Assembly: GCF_006345805.1 (NCBI RefSeq)
Contig: NC_043001.1
Coordinates: 25,792,001-25,856,000, forward strand
Source: Octopus sinensis
Taxonomy: Eukaryota
Reading direction: 5' to 3'
Length of the DNA stretch: 64,000 nt
A program made the position numbers and the translations under genes. A model generated the notes under the pieces. That model searched no databases. It was not told the origin of the DNA and worked only from the letters and a program-made list of their open reading frames with translations. Position 1 is the first letter of the stretch; each line of letters opens with the position of its first letter. This document shows positions 60,835 to 64,000 of this stretch, one piece after another.

Positions 60835-62280
60835 ATAAAAACAAACGATGAGGGCTGTTAAGCCAAGACGATGGAAAAATTATTCTGAGCGCATTAAGGA
60901 GACAGCTTATGAGAGAGACAGGATAGTGGTCTGGTTTTGGTGAAGATAGCAGTTGGAAAGATGGCTTCCCTTTGATCACGTGTCAGTGACGAGAGAGTCG
61001 AGGAGGAGGAGGAGGAGGAGCAAGGGAGAGAGAACAGTGAAGGTGTTATTCTCTTTGTTCTGTTTTTTACTGTTTTTACTTTCATTGTTTTTACTGTTTT
61101 GTTTTGTTCTTACTGTCCTGTTCTTGTTACCACTTTTACCCCTCCGCAAAAAATCCCAAATTTTATTTAATTTGCTTTGCGGGAAGGGCTGTTTCAATGA
61201 AGTCATATCTTGTCCTTACCTTCGGAACACAGAGTAGACGAAACAGGGACAACTGAAGAAGGGGAATATTGCTTGTGTTGTATGTCTTATACTCTGTTTT
61301 TTGTTGTTTGAAAAAAAGTTTGTTTCCATGTTTTTGTTTTTATGTTTTCATTTCTCATTGTGTTAAGTGTTTTTTTGATGTCCTGTACCTATATATGCAT
61401 GTATATATGCATATAGATTTATGTATGTACATATATGTATGTATATATGCATATATTCATATATTATTTATATTATTAAATGATCGAACACCACGCATCC
61501 TTTTCCAAGTAAGTTTTATCTTAATAATTATGATGCACACTCTTCACCTTTACTATTTTTCCTCTATCTCTCTCCCTCTCTTGTTCTTCATCCTTTCTGG
61601 TTTTCTCTCCCACCCTTCCCTATTCTTCTCCTCTCCCCTTCACCGTTCCCTCTCTCTTACTCCTCCTCCTCCTCCTTCTTGACTCTCTCGTCACTGACAC
61701 ATGATCAAAGGGAAGCCATCTTTCCAACTGCTATCTTCACCAAAACCAGACCGCTTATCCTATCTCTCTCATAAGCTGTTTCCTTAATGCATTCAGAATA
61801 ATTTTTCCATCGACTTGACTTAACAGCCCTCATCATTTGTTTTTACTGTGTTATTCTCTTTGTTCTGATTTTACTGTTTTTACTTTTATTGTTTTTACTG
61901 TTTTGTTTTGTTCTTACTGTCCTGTTCTTGTTACCACTTTTACCTCTCTGCAAAAAATCCCAAATTTTATTTAATTTGCTTTGCCGGAAGGGCCGTTTCA
62001 ATGAAGTCATGTCTTGTCCTTACCTTCGAAACGCAGAGTAGATGAAACAGGGACAACTGAAGAAGGGGAATATTCCTTGTGTTGTATGTCTTGTACTCTG
62101 TTTTTTTCGTTGTTTGAAAAAATGTTCGTTTCTATGTTTTTGTTTTTATGTTTTCATTTCTCATTGTGTTCAGCGTTTTTTGATGTCCTGTACCCATATA
62201 TGCATGTATATATAGATATAGATGTAGGTATGTACATATATGTATGTATATATGCATATATTATATATTATTTATATTAT

Positions 62281-62290
<10 letters not shown>
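60835..62290. repeat. Composite duplication: segment A inverted (60835-61020 vs 61670-61848), segment B direct (61043-61475 vs 61849-62290)
   Basis: GACTCTCTCGTCACTGACAC.TGATCAAAGGGAAGCCATC on opposite strands; TGTTATTCTCTTTGTTCTG... on the same strand. Confidence 0.85.
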
Positions 62291-62332
<42 letters not shown>

Positions 62333-63170
62333 CAAAAGAGGGTGTGGTGTTTCCACGCTGGAAAAAAATATATAGGAAAATGTGTTGCTGAAAATGCACT
62401 TAAATTTCAAAAACTCGTGAATGTTTAAAATACATTTATTTATATATGTACCAAACTAGTTTCAACAATATTTTTTGTTTATCAATGGTAAAAGTGTAAA
62501 AACATCGTTATAAGTTTCAATGTGGACAAAATAAAATTAAATTAAAATATTTCAATGTTGATAAATTATCATGTTCAAAACACAAGGTGTACGTTTGAAA
62601 TTAAAACTGTATATTAATTTTTTAGAATGTACAAGGTTCATTAATTTCACTGGGTGCCGACAAGTGATACTGGAAAAAACTATGAGAATTGAAATAGTTA
62701 AAAAAGGGGAAATTACGGTTTTTCAGATCTTTAAACAGTCGGTTCCACATGTAATGGTATGTTTTAGGGAAAGATGTGTTTATCAATTTTTTTCTGCAAG
62801 CGGATCTGATTTTGATTCGTTAAAAAATTGATGATGTTTTTCTTCCATGGTCAAGCTTGTCGTTCTGCTTGGTTGGTTTCTTTGCTGGATATGGTTGGTT
62901 ATAGGTCGTTCCGGTTGGTTGGTTTTCTTAAAGGGTCTTTTTGTTGTATTTGTTGAAGTTTGGTTTCAATTGGTTTGGAATTATGTGACGTCAGCAATTA
63001 GTGTTTGTGGAATTTCATTGGACTGGAGGTGGGTGACGTCATCATCTTATGTTTGTGTGGTGAATTGGAGCTGTGGTTTCAACGGGTGGAAAATTGTTAC
63101 TAAAATTTTATTGTTCTTTTGTGTTGAAATTGGGTGTTTTTTCTCCTCTTTATACTGCTTTTTCTTCTTA

Positions 63171-64000
63171 CTAAAGGATATCTAGCTGTGGTTTATATCT
63201 TTTAATCAGTATGTTTTCCTTATTTAAATGGAATTGGGTTGAAGTGTTTCCAGTGCATTGATACAGAGGGAAGATTTGGTATTTAGGGTTTTTGTCTAGG
63301 TATTGGTCTAGGTATTGGCTAACGGGAATTTTCCTAGTTGAGGGGTCCCGGATTTGTTGCCTGTGCACTGTAAGTCTATTCCTCAAAGTTAAGCTTGTTT
63401 GACCAATGTAGTCTCCACCTCAACCTCCACATTTAAGAACATAGATTAAGTACTTCGAAGCACAGGTGAAGTCATGTTTCATGGTAAAAGTTAGGCCTGA
63501 CTTAAGTTTGTATGTTGAACCCTCTAAGAGAAAGGGGCAAGTTCTGCAGTTAGGGTGGTTGCATTTTTTGACTTGTGGGGTTGTATTTTTGGTGGGTAAT
63601 TTGACACTGGTGAGTAAATTTTTTAGAGATTGTGGTTGTCTCTTGCTTTTAATAATCCTATGTGTTTCTAGTGCCTTTTTCATTCGTGGGTCCTTCATAA
63701 AGATAGGTATGTTTTGGTGGATGATGTTGTATGCTTCCTGGTTTCTTGGATTGTATGTTGATACGTAAGATAGAGTTTTAAGTGTGTCATGGTATTTTCT
63801 TGTTTTCCGTAACTCTTGGATGTTTATCATTTTTGCACATTCTAATCCATTTTTGATTAGACTGACTGTTTTTTTCTATCTAGTAATGAGGTTTTAAGTT
63901 CTTGAAGTCACTTTTCTCAGGTTTCGGGATTTGATGCAATCATGCAAATTCTTCTCGCTAAGTTGAACGGTATATTTATTTTAGCATGTTTTGGGTAGCA
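63171..64000 (-). mobile_element. Penelope-like element (RT thumb, Cys-rich linker, GIY-YIG), inactivated, continues beyond the window
   Basis: CYPKHAKINIPFNLARRIC, KCNHPNCRTC, TCASKYLIYVLKCGG*GGDYIGQTSLTLRNRLTVHRQQIR. Confidence 0.9.

Noticed and set aside
61225-61275. CTTCG(G/A)AAC...CTGAAGAAGGGGAATATT (also ~62025-62080) as a permuted hammerhead
   Set aside because: No stem I can be formed, and no GAAA follows the putative stem II.
1-64000. tRNA genes, rRNA, CRISPR arrays or prokaryotic operons
   Set aside because: tRNA-like boxes are SINE heads without acceptor stems or terminators; tandem repeats lack unique spacers; there is no operon-like ORF density.

Overview
AT-rich eukaryotic DNA that is almost entirely repeat-derived. 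The repeat complement resembles coleoid cephalopod (Octopus-like) genomes; this taxon call is pattern recognition, not a database result. The window holds many tRNA-derived SINEs of at least three families, RTE LINE fragments and RTE 3' tails ending in (GAT)n, a CRE-clade relic, a CR1 3' end, two Penelope-like (PLE) GIY-YIG relics, a TSD-flanked Gag-knuckle-only retroelement, an internally deleted mariner, mariner and piggyBac MITEs, non-autonomous Helitrons and long microsatellites. No intact transposon ORF is present, and most ORF-track entries are microsatellite or repeat artefacts. The best host-gene evidence is two phase-compatible + strand exons at 58572-58659 and 60635-60747 of unknown product. 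The most striking unannotated signal is a dense set of type I hammerhead ribozyme (HHR) motifs. Four have canonical cores (8248-8295, 39748-39862, 41192-41264, 48195-48282) and several more are fossils. Two sequence-unrelated families of ~320-bp fold-back elements with long TSDs carry HHR-like motifs with compensatory changes at the 3-8 core pair: G3-C8 at 60335-60385 and U3-A8 at 24000-24036. All folds were done by eye and need computational and biochemical checking.
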